Assembly (NCBI RefSeq): GCF_963921235.1
Contig: NC_086102.1
Span: 44,144,001 to 44,208,000 of the forward strand
From: Mobula hypostoma
Lineage: Eukaryota
Length of the DNA stretch: 64,000 nt
Direction of reading: 5' to 3'
Part shown: positions 45,107-59,223 of the stretch, piece after piece
Layout: each line of letters starts with the position of its first letter
Numbering within the stretch: the stretch's first letter is position 1
Translations under genes and position numbers: made by a program
Notes under the pieces: generated by a model
The model's input: the letters and a program-made list of their open reading frames with translations, nothing else
Told to the model about the DNA's origin: nothing
Database searches by the model: none

Positions 45107-46738
45107 TACTGTGAATAGCTAAGCAAGTAAAAGATGAATTGATTTCCAAAAGGCATAAAATTAAAGATGACACATTTCTTTATATTTTAAGCAAGATTAC
45201 TTTTTTTATTTCCGGCTTTTACAGTTTCAAAATAACAAAAAAAAAAGGGCCCGAAGCAAAAGTTAGGGCACCCTGCATGGTCAGTACTTAGTAACACCCC
45301 CTTTGGCAAGTATCACAGCTTGTAAACACTTTCTGTAGTCAGCTAAGAGTCTTTCAATTCTTGTTTGGGGGATTTTCGCCCATTCTTCCTTGCAAAAGGC
45401 TTCTAGTTCTGTGAGATTCTTGGGCCATCTTGCATACACTGCTCTTTTGAGGTCTATCCACAGATTTTCGATGATGTTTAGGTCGGGGGACTGTGAGGGC
45501 CATGGCAAAACCTTCAGCTTGCGCCTCTTGAGGTAGACCATTGTGGATTTTGAGGTGCCTTTAGGATCATTATCTTGTTGTAGAGGCCATTCACTTTTCA
45601 TCTTCAGCTTTTTTACAGACGGTGTGATGTTTGGTTCCAGAATTTGCTGGTAGTTAATTGAATTTATTCTTCCCTCCACCAGTGAAATGTTCCCTGTGCC
45701 ACTGGCTGCAACACAAGCCCAAAGCATGATCGATACACCCCCGTGCTTAACAGTTGGAGAGGTGTTCTTTTCCTGAAATTTTGCACCGATTTTTCCTCCA
45801 AACTTTGCTCATTGCGGCCAAAAAGTTCTATTTTAACTTCATCAGTCCACAGGACTTGTTTGCAAAATGCATCAGGCTTGTTTAGATGTTCCTTTGCAAA
45901 CTTCTGACGCTGAATTTTGCGGTGAGGACGCAGGTAAGGTTTTCTTCTGATGACTCTTCCATTAAGGTCATATTTGTGCAGACGTCGCTGCACAGTAGAA
46001 CAGTGCACCACCACTCCAGAGTCTGCTAAGTCTTCCTGCAGATCTTTTGCAGTCAAACAGGGGTTTTGATTTGCCTTTCTAGCAATCCTACGAGCAGTTC
46101 TATCGTAAAGTTTTCTTGGTTTTCCAGACCTCAACTTGACCTCCACCGTTCCTGTTAACTGTCATTTCTTAATTACATTACCAACTGAGGAAACGGCTAC
46201 CTGAAAACGCTTTGCTATCTTCTTATAGCCTTCTCCTGCTTTGTGGGCATCATTTATTTTAATTTTCAGAGTGCTAGGCAGCTGCTTAGAGGAGCCCATG
46301 GCTGCTGATTGTTGGGACAAGGTTTGAGGAGTCAGGGCATTTATAAAGCTTTGAGATTTGCATCACCTGGCCTTTCCAAACAATGATTCTGAATAAGCCA
46401 TAGCCCTAACAAGCTAATTAAGGTCTGAGAACTTTGTAAAAGTTATCTGAGCTCAAATCTCTTGGGGTGCCCAAACTTTTACATGCTGCTCCTTTCCTTT
46501 TTTGCACTCTAAAATTGCACAAAACAAAAATAATACATTAATCTTGCTTAAAATGTTGAAAAGAGTGTTTCATCTTTAACTTGATGACTTTTGGAGATCA
46601 GTTCATCTTCTACTCACTTAACTATTCACAGTAACAGAAATTTTGACCAGGTGTGCCCAAACTTTTGCATGCCACTGTATCCCATCTTTAAAAATAATTG
46701 AAAGATACAATTTCATGACTGCTAATCCTTAATCTTAC

Positions 46739-46821
46739 CAGTGCATATCTAACAGGAAAAGGTTATTGCCTCCAATAAGATTCAAACCCACACCACCGGC
46801 ACAGAGGGAGACCAACATGAC
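46739..46821 (-). CDS. TTF2: TTF2 exon (motif V)
   Basis: [27 protein letters not shown](W). Confidence 0.95.
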
Positions 46822-48432
46822 CTGTGATAAGACAGAGGAACAATGGAAGTGTCACACACAAAACGCTGGAGAAACTCAGCAGGCCAGGCAGCAATCTTGG
46901 AAAAGAGGAAACAGTTGGTGTTTCGAGCCGAGACCATTCATCAGGACTGTTTTCGTGCATTTCACAAAGTAAAAATAAATGTGTCATCGTACTGGATGGG
47001 CTCATTTCTTTTAATGTATCTCATCCTTTTGTCCAATAAACACATTTATTTGGGCCGAGACCCTTGCCTAGGTTTCAGAAACCACACATTACAGTTGAAA
47101 CTGATGAAATAAGAGGGATTATTTAAACAATGCATATACAAACTTTACCCAGCATCAATAAAATTCCAAGTCAGAGAAAATTTACACACTAAAACTAGGA
47201 AGGGCAATCAATAATCAAAATTCCTGATATAAACCATAAAATAAACTTTACAAAATCCACTTTAATTTCAACATTTCAAAATGACAGTCCATGGAGTGAG
47301 TGCTGGCAATAAGCAAGCCTAACAAGGAAAAATAGGAGTAACAGTAGGCCATTTGGCTTTGCAAGCTTGCTTGATTCTCCATCTCAGTATTTTTTTCCCA
47401 TTTCCTTCCCCATAAACCTTATTGCCTTTTGTCAGGGATTTGATCCATCTCCTCCATAAATCTATTCAGAATTTAGTATCCACTGCCTCCAGTGAGAGAA
47501 TTGCATGGTTTAGATCTCTAAAGGAATTTCTCTTCATCTTAGTCATAAATATTTGTTTTATCCTGTACCCTGATGAGACTATGATCCTCTCCTAGATATG
47601 CTGACCAGGGTAAATATCCTCACTTTGTGGCTACCCAGCTCTGTCAGAATCTTGTACATGTCAATGAGATCTTCTCTAATTCTTAACTGTAGTGGAGATA
47701 TGCCTAGTTGACCAAATCACTCCAAATACAATAGTTCACCAGTCTAGTGAACCTATGCAGCAAAACCTCTGGGATGTGCATAGTTTAGGTAAGGAGCCAA
47801 ACATTCCAGAAATTGTCTCACAGCAAGGCATTAGGTGTCATCTGTCCTGAATTGAAAATGTTTTGAATTCAATGAAGGGCAACATGTCACCTATTGTCCT
47901 ATCTCTTGCTGTGCCTGAATGTTTGGTGGTAGATAAGGACACCCCATTCCTATGGCAATGTTTCCAAAATGTCACCATTTACATAGTATTCTGCCTTCAT
48001 GTTTATCCTTCTGAAGTGAATATTTATCCGGTCTTTATATTGTTTCTGCTGCCTTTTTGCCCATTCACTCAATGTCTCTTTGTGCTTTCCTCGCAAGCAT
48101 ATTCACTAAACTTAAAAATATTGAATTTGGTTTTCTCATCCAAAAAATTGATAAGTATTGCATAAAGCTGAGAAGCAAATTGATAGCTCAGGTACCACTA
48201 CTGGTCACTGGAGGAAGTCTCTTTTATTCTGTTACCAATGCATCAGCAGATTATTTTCCCTTAATCCATGGCAACGTATTACTCTCAATGGCCTGGTCTT
48301 TAATTTTGCAATGGTTATGCAGGATTTTATCAAAGCCTTCTGAAAATCCAAATCTAATCTGTAAAGTAAACCAAGTATTAAAAATGCAGATATTTCTCCC
48401 CTCCAGAAATTGCAATAGCAGTCAGTTGGTAC

Positions 48433-48586
48433 CTGAGGTCCTTTTGGGTTAGTGTTGAATTCTTCTACCAAGTCCATACGACATTTAGGAGTCACACTAC
48501 CGTCCAGAGTAACGTGGGTCAAGTTGATTTTATCCAAGTGGACTGCCACCACTTTCAGCATACTGGTCCACTGAGAAATGATTACA
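48433..48586 (-). CDS. TTF2: TTF2 exon (motif IV)
   Basis: (S)VIISQWTSMLKVVAVHLDKINLTHVTLDGSVTPKCRMDLVEEFNTNPKGPQ. Confidence 0.95.
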
Positions 48587-48659
48587 CTGGGGGAGAAGTG
48601 ACTGACAATAGTTAAATGAATCAAAAATGAGAACTCTAACTATAAATGGTGTTGGTGTT

Positions 48660-48968
48660 GGCGTGGGCGTGTGGCCAAGTGGTTAAGGTGTTGGTCCAGT
48701 GATTTGAAGGTCGCTAGTTTGAGCCTCAGCTGAGGCAGCGTGTTGTATCCTTGAGCAAGGTAATTAACCGCACATTGCTTTGCAACAACACTGGTGTCAA
48801 GCTGTATCGGTCCTAGTGCCCTTCCCTTGGACAACATTAGTGGAGTGGAGAGGGGAGACTTGCAGCATGGGCAACTGCCGGTCTTCCATACAACCTTGCC
48901 CAGGCCTGCGCCCTGGAAAACCTTCCAAGGCACAAATCCATGGTCTCATGAGACTAACGGATGCCTAT
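48660..48968 (+). mobile_element. tRNA-derived SINE (third family)
   Basis: A box TGGCCAAGTGG, degenerate B box, GTATCCTTGAGCAAGG core. Confidence 0.65.
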
Positions 48969-50063
48969 ATAACTATATTGGAAAGACTATTTTACAAAAG
49001 ACATTTTATAGTCTTGGAAATGATGTTACATATTTGGTGGCCAAAAAAAACATGGAATTATGGTCAATCCTGTTTTACACAAGGACAGTTACAACCAGAG
49101 AACACTACAGCACAGGAAACAGGCCATTCGGCCCCTCTAGTCTGTGCCAAAACATTATTCCACTGGCTGATCAGATGTTCTTCCGACTCACACTTTGAGG
49201 TACCTTTAAGTTCCTATTGGCAGTCTGAAGATTAAGACAGGATTAATAGATGTACACCTGCAGAGAATTACACCTCCCTCTCTAAAGTTCAAATATCTCC
49301 GGATGCTTACTTAGAGCAAGATTCAAGATATTTTCCTTGCAGGGATTAAGCTCTTTATTATCAGGAATACCCATTTTATTCCTCATGCAGTGAACTTTGG
49401 GTTTGGTGGATGTGGGGGAGGGAAGTAAGAGTACTTTTCTTTAGCTCTAAGACAGCTTTTATAGTTTGTTAGACTCACTTTTAAAAGCTGGCCTTACTTA
49501 CATAAATTCATAGTGCAGCTAAGAAATTTAATGAAGAACCACAAGTAAATTCTGAAATAAGCCGAATCTCTTACTGTGACTCACCTCTGTATTAGTTCCC
49601 ATTCCCTAGTGTAGTTTATGACGTCCTTGGACTTTAATGTCCGCACAACTTCTTTATAGAAAAAAAGAGGCATGGTTACACAGTGATCAACACTGCTGCC
49701 TTAACTTCAGTGACCGTGATTAAATCCTGACCTTGCCTGCTGCATTGTTTGTGTGTTCTCCTTATGAATGGCAGGTGCTCTGATTTCATTCTACATACAA
49801 AAACATGCTGGTAGATGAAGTGGCTACTGTAACACTGACAGGAGGTAAATGACAGAAGGCGAGTTGATAGGTGTGTGGGAGGGAATAAGTTGCACCTGTA
49901 CAGGGAAACAGGAGGTGAAATGGAACTGATAAGATCGCTCTGCTTGTAAATGGTGAAGGACCACTTCCTTAAAAAGTCGTTATTCATTGTACCTAGAAAA
50001 AGAAGTCTTCCCTTCAGCTAAATGTTTTTCCAAAAACTAAAGCCTTCATAGAATTACACATAC

Positions 50064-50122
50064 CTTTTCTGGGGTTCTGGGCTGCTTCTTATTACTTTTA
50101 ATTCCTTTAGTAGGGCAGAGAT
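50064..50122 (-). CDS. TTF2: TTF2 exon
   Basis: ISALLKELKVIRSSPEPQK(S); TTGCCAG acceptor, GTATGT donor. Confidence 0.9.
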
Positions 50123-51214
50123 CTGGCAATAAAAGAAACGGATTGAAAAGTGAGGTTTTGGTTGTATCACTTCTATGGTTGTGAATCAGCTGAAAGTTGA
50201 TAATAATGCAACAAAACTTCAATTTCTAAACCATGCATAGTTTAAGATTTCTATTTGTTATTACAACAGATCATATGAATGGTTCCTCATATAAACTCCA
50301 TGTCTTTGTATCTCATCTCTGTTGGTATAACCTTTATCCTTGCAGACAGAGTGTGATGCTCTAGAATTACCTTCTACAGTCCTTATTTGTGACCAATTCG
50401 TTGTTTATTTTCCCCTGAAACTCCTTTGGAAGTTCCAGTTTTCCTTGCAGCTTAAAATGTTTTGCTATTTTACAGTAGTAAATAGACCCAAGTTATTTTA
50501 TGATTCTTCTCTCCATCTTTCACAAATTTCTTTATCCTCTTTACCTTCAACAATATTCTCCCCTCTATTTAATTCTCAGTTCATCCATCATATATAACTA
50601 ACTGAACTTTTATTTAAAATATATGAGTGTACATAAAGAGTTTAAGATCACTTATACAGCATTGGGTATACACAGCAAAGGAGTCGCCTAACTTGAAGAC
50701 TGATGAACATTCACAAAATCTTGTTTAACATTCCTTCCTCAATACAACTCATCTCATCATCCAACCCATTTTAAGATAATTTGCTGTGGCAAACAGATCA
50801 ACTTATGGGCTAACTAACTGTGTTTTCAGGAGTTCAGTAAAGCACTTTGAGATACCCACTACACACTGACATGACAACCAGTAACTGAGTGAATTTAATA
50901 TATATTACAAAATCCCAAAGTATATCATAGAAGTACAATCTAGCCTTTCTTTTGTTTACAAACCCAGCAATTTGACATGGTAGAACCTGTAACTTCCCAC
51001 CAAATCACACTTCTGAGAGGTAGAATCATATTATCATTCTTTTGTAACAGTTGGGTCCAAATCCTGAAACGCTCTAACAATAGCTTCATCAGAACGACTG
51101 AAGTAATTCAAGGTTGTGACACAGCAGCACATTCTCAAGGACAATAAATGCTCACTTTGCCAGTGACACCTTCTATGTTGCATGTGATTTCATCAACAAA
51201 AGATCTAAACATAC

Positions 51215-51385
51215 CTTGGTGCTCTCTCTGGTGCTCTCAAACAGGTTGGCTTTGAAGCTGGTTCCATTTAATTTTACAGTTGAATTGGTGTCAGAGGTTG
51301 TGGCCTCCAACAATGATAATGCATTCATCTGCTCCTCCAGTGAGAGAGTGATACCTTCAGATTCCATTTCAGTGTTACTGAGAGC
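51215..51385 (-). CDS. TTF2: TTF2 exon
   Basis: [27 protein letters not shown]...[21 protein letters not shown]. Confidence 0.92.
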
Positions 51386-51908
51386 CTAAAGTGGAAGATA
51401 ATCAATTTAAACATAAATCCCCAATAATTGCTTAAATATTTTTAAATTATTTGTTGCAACTACAGATTTGCAGTGGAACAGATAAACCAAATGCGGCAAT
51501 GGGCCTCAAAATTGTTGTTTGGTGATCCCTGTCCTGCTGTGTGAACCTGAATGTTGGTTGAAGAAAATCCAATTTAATCCTTTATTTTCTAACTACAAAA
51601 GAGAAAAGTTTCATCTTGTTGCAAACCAAATTGGCATATTCATGTGACTATGGTTGACTGTGTTAGTTTTACACAAAAGCACTATTATCAAATGAGATAA
51701 AATCCTTGCGTATCTTCCATTAGAGCTCTTCAACAGTAATAACTTCCATGGTATTTAATTTAAGTGGTTTCCACTATTTACATCCTTTACCAAGTTGCAA
51801 ATTTTATTTGCAATTTAACCTCCAATATTTATAATTTTAAAGGAGGAATTTGTTTAATGTTTTGTATTCTATGTGTGGTCAGTGCACCTAGGGTCAACAA
51901 TTTCTTAC

Positions 51909-52036
51909 CGTCTTTAACAGAGATAGATGACAGCAACACTGCCGAAGTCTGAGCAGTGATGATAAGATGTGGACAGTGCTCAAAGTGGATGTGGCTTTTC
52001 CACCACTGACAGACTCAATACCGAACTGTTGACTAA
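51909..52036 (-). CDS. TTF2: TTF2 exon
   Basis: (V)SQQFGIES...[24 protein letters not shown] (LLRLRQxCxH SNF2 motif). Confidence 0.95.
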
Positions 52037-52654
52037 CTAAATAAAAGCAGAACACAAACAGAACATAGTTCATAGTTTTCTATAAATATGTTTGCATATT
52101 ATATATAACTAAATTGCACTATATTTCTGGGATTTGAAGAGGATGTCTGTATATAGACTAGACCTTGAACATACTCTCTGTTAGGTTTGTCACATTAGTT
52201 CACCATTTGCACAAAACAGGTCTAACACACTATATGAAACTATATGCAATAAATCAAGTCTCACATCCGTACGAAAAAATCACTAGCAGTGATAACAGGG
52301 AGACAAAGATGCAAATAAAGACTGAATCTCTTAAAATGGGGTGAAATTAGCAATTCTAAGTATTGTAATCTGATGCCCGCACCAGCCAGAATGATTTCTT
52401 AAAGCTTCCAAGCAATAAGTATTTCATTATCCAGTAATGATTACTAGAAAAAAAAATCAAATAATTAAATAAAACTAAAACTTTCAAAGTGGTAGATTAG
52501 GCATATAACTATTAGTAGCACACCTTACTAATGAACATTCAGGAAGCAAACAAACTACATTCGAAGTAGAATTTTCTAACTTCTAACTCAGCTTAAAGAT
52601 ACTTCTCAAAGATATATAGTTTACTAGAAGAATAATATTACTAACTTAACAAAG

Positions 52655-53585
52655 ACATTTTCCTCCTTCCTGACAATAGTGGGTCAAAGAGATTGTGGGA
52701 TGGGTGATAGGGTTCCTGAACAATGCTTTGGGATCTTCGTCTGCAATGCTCCTGGTAAATGTCACAAATAAGAGGAGGGAGACCCCAGTGCTCCTCTTCA
52801 TAGCTTTTGCTATCGTCTGTAGGGTCTTGCAGACTGATGCCTTGTGGTTGCCGTACCACACAATGATGTAGCCAGACAGGACACTTAATGGTGCTCCCGT
52901 AGAAAGTTGTTAGAATGGGGGTGCAGAGCATTGCACACCTCAATCTCCTCAGAAAGGGTGGATGCTGCTGTGCTTTCTTGACTAGTGAACTGCTGTGGGT
53001 CCAGGTTTGATCTTCCGTTATGTGCCTAACAAGGAACTTTGTGCTCTTCACATGTCAGAGCCACTGATGTGCAATGGTCAACCTGTGCCTTCCTGGGTCC
53101 ACAATCATCTCGTCTTGCGGATGTTGAGACTTTGGTTGCCGTTCTCGCACCATCTGACATGCCTCTCAACCTCCTCTCTGTATGCCGACTCAACATTGTT
53201 GCTGATGAGGCCAACCACTGTAGCGTCATCACAAATTTGATCATGCGGTTTGAGCTGATTCTGGCAGTGCCGTCAAGGCAACAGCATGAACAAAAGTGGG
53301 CTGAGCACTGAGCACACAGCACCGGGGAGCATCAGTGTTCAGCGTGATGAAGCTTGAGATGTTGCAGCCAACTCAGACTGACTGAGGTCTTTCTGTGAAG
53401 AAGTCCAAGATCCAGATACAGAGAGGGGTGTTCAGTCCCAACAAGGACAGTTTATCCATCAGCCTCTGAGGGATGATAGCGTTAAATGCCGAGCTGAAGT
53501 CGATGAACAATATCTTGACATATGAGGCATTGTTTTCTAGATGGGACAGGATGGAGCGGAGGGCTGAAGCTATGGCATCATCAGT
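52655..53585 (-). mobile_element. Rex1/Babar-type LINE 3' fragment
   Basis: LVKKAQQHPPFLRRLR...ILTTFYGSTI and VWYGN motifs. Confidence 0.65.
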
Positions 53586-54224
53586 GGACTGGTTTGAGTG
53601 GTGGGGAACTGGAAAGGGTCAAGTGTAGCTGGAAGGCTACATATACAATAAATGTAATATTTCATTATAGTTAGATGCAGTAAATGCAATATTGAGGACG
53701 GCACTGGAAAGCAGGCAGATGTAGCAAATCCAAAGTAAATACAGAGAAGTGTAGTGTAATGGATCTGGTGCGCAAAGTGAAAACAGACACCGATAAGAAA
53801 GGTACATTTTAAAAAGGGTGTAGGGACTGAAATCAAAGCTATATTTACATAGGCTTTTGAAAATGGCATGACTGCCAAAAATCCAATTTGACTAAAGACC
53901 AAGATCCCATGTTATTCAGTGTTGCTCCTTACAATTAAACAAATGCCTGAAGAGGAGTACAATGGGTTGCCAATACCCCAGACTTATTCAGCACTCGATT
54001 TAGTGTTTTTTGAGGGGATGCAAATAGTTGACCTTTTAACGCTTCAGGTCCAAACTTTTTTGTCACAACTCCACAGATACTGTCTGACCTGCAGAATGTC
54101 AGTATCATTGCAGATGTTCCTTTTATGCTCTACTTCTAAACAGCCACAAAGTAACCAACCCCAAGATACTCAATTTGCTGTCAATTATTCACAAATGTCT
54201 ATCTTTTAAAATTGGCTTTCTTAC

Positions 54225-54313
54225 CTTTGCTGAAAGGATTATCTACCTGGGAGGATGAATCAGCTTTATGGTCTTTGCCCTCATGTCTCTTCAGATATGA
54301 CTGCAAGGTTGAC
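54225..54313 (-). CDS. TTF2: TTF2 exon
   Basis: (R)STLQSYLKRHEGKDHKADSSSQVDNPFSK. Confidence 0.92.
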
Positions 54314-54934
54314 CTACATAAAGAAAAAGCTTTGAAACATTTACACAAATAATCTGTGTCTGAAAGTATCGCTGCATTTCTCATCAAAGGCCTGAAATGG
54401 ATAACATTGTTAACTTTTATTTCATCGTTTGGTCCTTGAACAGAAGCAGAATATGTTTTGTGAGACTAAAAAGAAAGTCTTTTAACTATATTGTTGTTAA
54501 AATTACAGCACGGGAATAAAATATGGCAGTTCAACATGTATTGGAATACCACGTTAAAAAATGCACAGATCTTTTTCGTAAAAAAGAGTTTAAAAGTTGT
54601 AAATAAATAAAAAATGCACATATTTATGTACTTTGCCTTTGTCCAATTATAAAAAAGCTTCTAGATAAATATGCCTGGAAAATTTAGCAGCAGATGGGGC
54701 ACCAGATGTATAACCCAGAGGTTGCTACGCATTATCTTGCATAATTGTGTTGTGCTTTTGATTTTACCGCCAGGATGACGCCTCTTTCTGGCAATCATAC
54801 TTTGATCCAAAGAAAACTTAATCAGCAGGTTCCACTAAATTTGGCTGATAATAGACAGCATTATCCCAATAATAATGCAGTGAATAGTAGGAACAAGAGT
54901 GTATGCTGTTCAGCACACAACTCCTCAAACATAC

Positions 54935-55026
54935 CTGGAACGAGCATACAGGACAGAATAAACTGCCTCCTCATCCTCTGATAGTTTTAGTCGATGACTT
55001 CGATTAAATCTTTGAGGCAAGACAAC
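54935..55026 (-). CDS. TTF2: TTF2 exon
   Basis: VVLPQRFNRSHRLKLSEDEEAVYSVLYARS(R). Confidence 0.92.
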
Positions 55027-56399
55027 CTGTAAATAAATAATTTATTCATGAGCTAACTATTTACGACTCAAAAGAACCATCAGGCTGACAATTTTCAATT
55101 TATATTATCAGTTCTCATCAATCCTACTTGGTTTCAAAATTAACAAATTGTTCTTTGTAGTGAAAATTAAACTTTGCACTTATAACGATTTATGATCAGT
55201 TTGTTATATAAATACTGAGGCATCACCAGACTGTTCAACTGGAGATTGATGGCCTTGTACTATTTTTGCCATGACAAAGTTCAAAGATGAAGTTTTTCAT
55301 ACAATCCATTTTAATTCTGTTTAGAGATACAGCAGTGTTCTGGCTCTTTTGGGCCAACAAGCATGTGCCTCCCACTACACCCATATGACCAATTAACCTG
55401 ACCCGTATATCTTTGGAATGTAGGAGGAAACTGGAGCACCTGGAGGAAATCCATGCAAGTCACTGGGAGTGGCGCAGTCAAACCCTGGTGGCTGGCGCTG
55501 TGGTAGCATTATGAGAGCTGCTATGCCAGCATGCCGCCCTTAATGACTTTGATGAGAGGATCCTGTGCACTGTAGGTGTGGCTTGCAGGTATAGCAAGCA
55601 ATTTGGAAGGCTAATTGTATCACAAGGGAAAATGGAATAGCGAAGTTTTGGTCCAACCTGGAATACCAAGTACACTTTTAGTTATTACAGGTGGGGAAGG
55701 AAATATGGTTGCAGCCAAGTCAATTCCTGACATAAAGGGACTGATGCATGAAGGACAGTTGAACACACTGGCCTGTATTTCGTGCAGTTTTCAAAAATAG
55801 GAGGGGATTTTGCCGAAATACGCAATTTTGAGGTGGATTAACAAGGGTGGATGGCTCCCCCTAGTGGAGTATCCAAACCTGGGGACAACTTCAGAATGAG
55901 GGGTCAGACACGAGTAACAGTTTCTTCCCTTAGGCAGTCATGACTCACTGGCATTCTCTACCTCAGAGAGCTGAGGAGGCAAACATTATTCCAGGCAAAG
56001 AGAGTCAAGACAATCAGGGAGAGCACAGGAAAGTGACTGGATCAGCCACAATTTTACTCACTTCTTATGCGCTCTCAAAAGACGAAACTTTTAATTAAAA
56101 TTCCATTTTCATTGATTTTTAAAGCACAAAGCTAAAACAGGCTGTTCCAAATTAACTGCTGAAAGCTTGTCAAATAAATGTTGCTAATTGTTACATCTAA
56201 ACTACAATATGCAGACAAGTGCCGGCCTTAAGCCAAATCCACAGACACTGTCCCTTTATGTCAGCATTGACTTTGATGTTTGAAACAGCAAATCACTGTT
56301 TAGCTTAGCTTTATTGGTCACCTGTACATCGAAACATACAGTGAAATGTGCCGCTCGTGCCAAATCCAATCAGTGAGGATTGTGCAAGTGTCGCCACAT

Positions 56400-59110
56400 T
56401 TCTGGTGCCAACTTAGCACTCACACAACTCACTAACCCTGGACCAATCCATGCCAAATTAGCGTAAACCCACCCGAACAACTCTAGCCCACAAGGATATT
56501 GGATCCCTCAGGTCAGGTGTATACGTGGCCCCTTGTACAGCAATAACTTCAACCAAATGTTTCTAGTAACTGTTGATCAGTTCTGCACATCAGCATTACC
56601 CCTCTTGGAACCCTGTACCAACCTGACCTTCCCAAATCTACCTGCATATTGAAATCCCTCATGACTATTGCAACATTGCCTTTTTGGCATGCATTTTCTA
56701 TCTCCAGTTATTACTTGTAGACCGTATCCTCAGTACTGTCTGGGGGTCTGTATATAATTCTCATCAGGATCTTTTTAGCCTTGCAGTTTCTTAACTCTAT
56801 CCACAATGCTTCGACATCTTCTGACCCTATGTCACCTCTTTCTAATGATTTAATTTCATTTTTTACTAACAGAGCAAAGCTACACTTCTGCCTTCCTGCC
56901 TATCCTTTCGATACAATGAGTACCCTTGGACATTAAGCTCCCAGCTATAATCTTTCAGCCACAATTCAGTATGCCTGCAACATCATACTTGCTAATCTGT
57001 AACTGTGCTATGAGTTCAGTGACCTTAATCCATTTACTGTGCACATTCAAATATAACACCTTTAGTCCTGTATTCACTCTATTCAATTTTGTCTCCATTT
57101 TACGTTACAATTCATCCTGTTGACTGCAATTTTGCCCTATCAACAACATCTCCCTGCTAGAAGTCTCACTACGCATTGCCTCTGTTTGTAAACCAACTAC
57201 CTCATGAAAGAAGAAACTCTTCTTGGGCTTCCAGTCCGGTATAGGTATCCATTATACCCGACATTTTGATGACAAACTCTGTCAGGGATGAAGATGGAGT
57301 TTGTTATCAAAATGTCGGTTTTAATCGATACCCGTACCCGACTAGAAGCCTGAGAAGAGTTTATTCATCATATACGATAGGAAAGCACTAGATCCTTTTT
57401 CAACTACTTCATTTCAGCACTATGGCTCTGGTTCCCGTCCATGACAAATTAGTTTAAATCCACCCGAACAACTCTAGCTCACAAAGATATTGTACCCCCT
57501 CGGGTTCAAGTATAATCTGTCCCTTTTGTACAGGTCATACCTTCCCCAGAGATTCCAATGATCACAAATCTGAACCCCTGGCATCTGCACCAGTTCCTCA
57601 GCCACACATTTACCTGCCAAATCATTCTATTCTTACCCTCACTGGCACGTGGCACAGAGGTTACTACCCTGGAGGTCCTGTTTCTCAGCTTTCTCTAAAA
57701 TCTGTCTTCAGGACCTCCTCACCTCGTCTACCTATTGTATTGGTACCAATATGTATCAAGACTTCTGGTTGCTCATCCTCGCCCTTGACAATGCCGTGGA
57801 CATAATCTGAGACATTCCTCATCCTGCCACCAGGGAGGCAACATACCATCTGGATATCTCTATTGCGTCCACATGAACTTCATCTCTACCCTCATTTATG
57901 TTGTTGCTGTTGAGTATCGTCGATCAACTCAAGGTGAACCTATAGATAGTGTATTTGTCCACAGGGCTTTCATGGTATGATATAGAAGTAGATTGCCAGG
58001 CCTTTCTTCCGTGCGGATATTGGTTCTGCTCCAATCGGAGTACAACCAGTCTCCCTTGTACGGGTCATCCTTTCCCCAGAAAAGATTCCAATGATCCAAG
58101 AACCTGAAACCCTGTCCCTTCACCATCACCGCAGCCACTCATTCATCAGTGCTATCACCCCATTCCTACCTGCACTAGCTGGGGCAATGGGAGTAATCTG
58201 GAGATTACAACCTTGGAGGTCCTTCTCTTCAGCCTCCTTCCTAACTCTATATACTCACTGTGTAGGGCCTCTTCCCCATTTCTGCCTATGTCATTGGTGT
58301 CAATATGCACAATGACCTCTGGCTGTTTCCCCTCCCCCTTAAGAATAGTCTGCAGCCGCTCCAATCACGGACCCTAGCACCTGAGAGGCAAACAACATCC
58401 TGGTGTTCCTTCTGTGGCCACAGAACCTTCTTTCTGTTCCCCTATCGAGTCCCCTATAACTACCGCACTGCCTGACTTTACCCTTCCCTGTCGAGCCTCT
58501 GGGCTGGCCACAGTCCCAGCAACCTGGCTGCTGCTGCCATGATCTAATGGGTCATCCCCCCCCCCGCCACAGAATCCAAAGGGGTACACTTGTTGCTGAG
58601 GGGACTGGCCACAGGAGACCCTGGACTAACTTCTTAATCCCCCTACCCCTCCCGGTGGTCACCTGTCTTCTGTCCAAAACCTGTACTCTGGGTGTGACCA
58701 CCTCTTCAAAAGTCTCATCCATAATATCTTCAGCCACCCGAACAATTCTGAGTACATCCAATTCCAGCTGCAACCCCTTGACCCAGTCAGTCAGGTGCTG
58801 AAGTTGGGTGCACTTCCCGTAGATGTAGTCATCAGGGAAACTGCCAGGTATCCTGAATTCCCACATCCGACAGGAGGAGCATTTCATCCTGACTACTCTA
58901 TACTAAAAAAAAGAACAGGCTTACCCCTTCTTAAAGCCTTCACATTCTATCACTGGCACACTCTGACAATGGCCACTCTGCTTAAGCCTACCCTCCTTTT
59001 ATTTGCAGCTGAGCTTTAGGCCTCTGGCACCAGCACTTTCTGCGCCAGCGCAGCTGAAAAAGAGTGGCCTTGCCCAAATCTGCTCTTTTTATCCTCTCTC
59101 TCCCAAAACT
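56400..59110 (-). mobile_element. CR1 5' portion (5'UTR, ORF1 zinc finger/coiled coil/SGNH esterase, start of EN)
   Basis: KCSSCRMWE...GKCTQLQHL, AVVIGDSI, VIVHIDTNDIGR; frameshifted. Confidence 0.8.
57206..57400. mobile_element. Fold-back mini-element made of two inverted Penelope pLTR ends
   Basis: ~66-bp imperfect arms 57214-57279 / 57297-57362; 12-bp TSD CAACTAC(C/T)TCAT (57194-57205, 57401-57412). Confidence 0.75.
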
Positions 59111-59223
59111 GGTGGGGCTTTTAGAGTTGGTTAAAAAGTCAGTACAACATTGTGTGCAAAGGCCCTACACTGTGCTACAATGTTCTATGTTCTAAAACTG
59201 GAAAGTCTGAACAGCCAACATAC

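Larger units (their letters stand above)
43330..46677 (-). mobile_element. Tc1 transposon (DD34E) with long TIRs; left TIR split by a Tigger
   Basis: TA-CAG(A/T)GGCATGCAAAAGTTTGGGCAC termini; transposase 46299 to 45281 (MGSSKQLP..., WTDE, QQDNDPK-34-E) with a stop and a frameshift. Confidence 0.9.

Noticed and set aside
49585-49651. Cassette exon in TTF2 (strong GTGAGT donor on minus)
   Set aside because: Only weak AAG/GAG acceptors; lengths of 64 or 67 nt break frame; no similarity to TTF2.
49676-49987. 103-aa minus ORF as a nested gene
   Set aside because: No recognisable motif or supporting exons.
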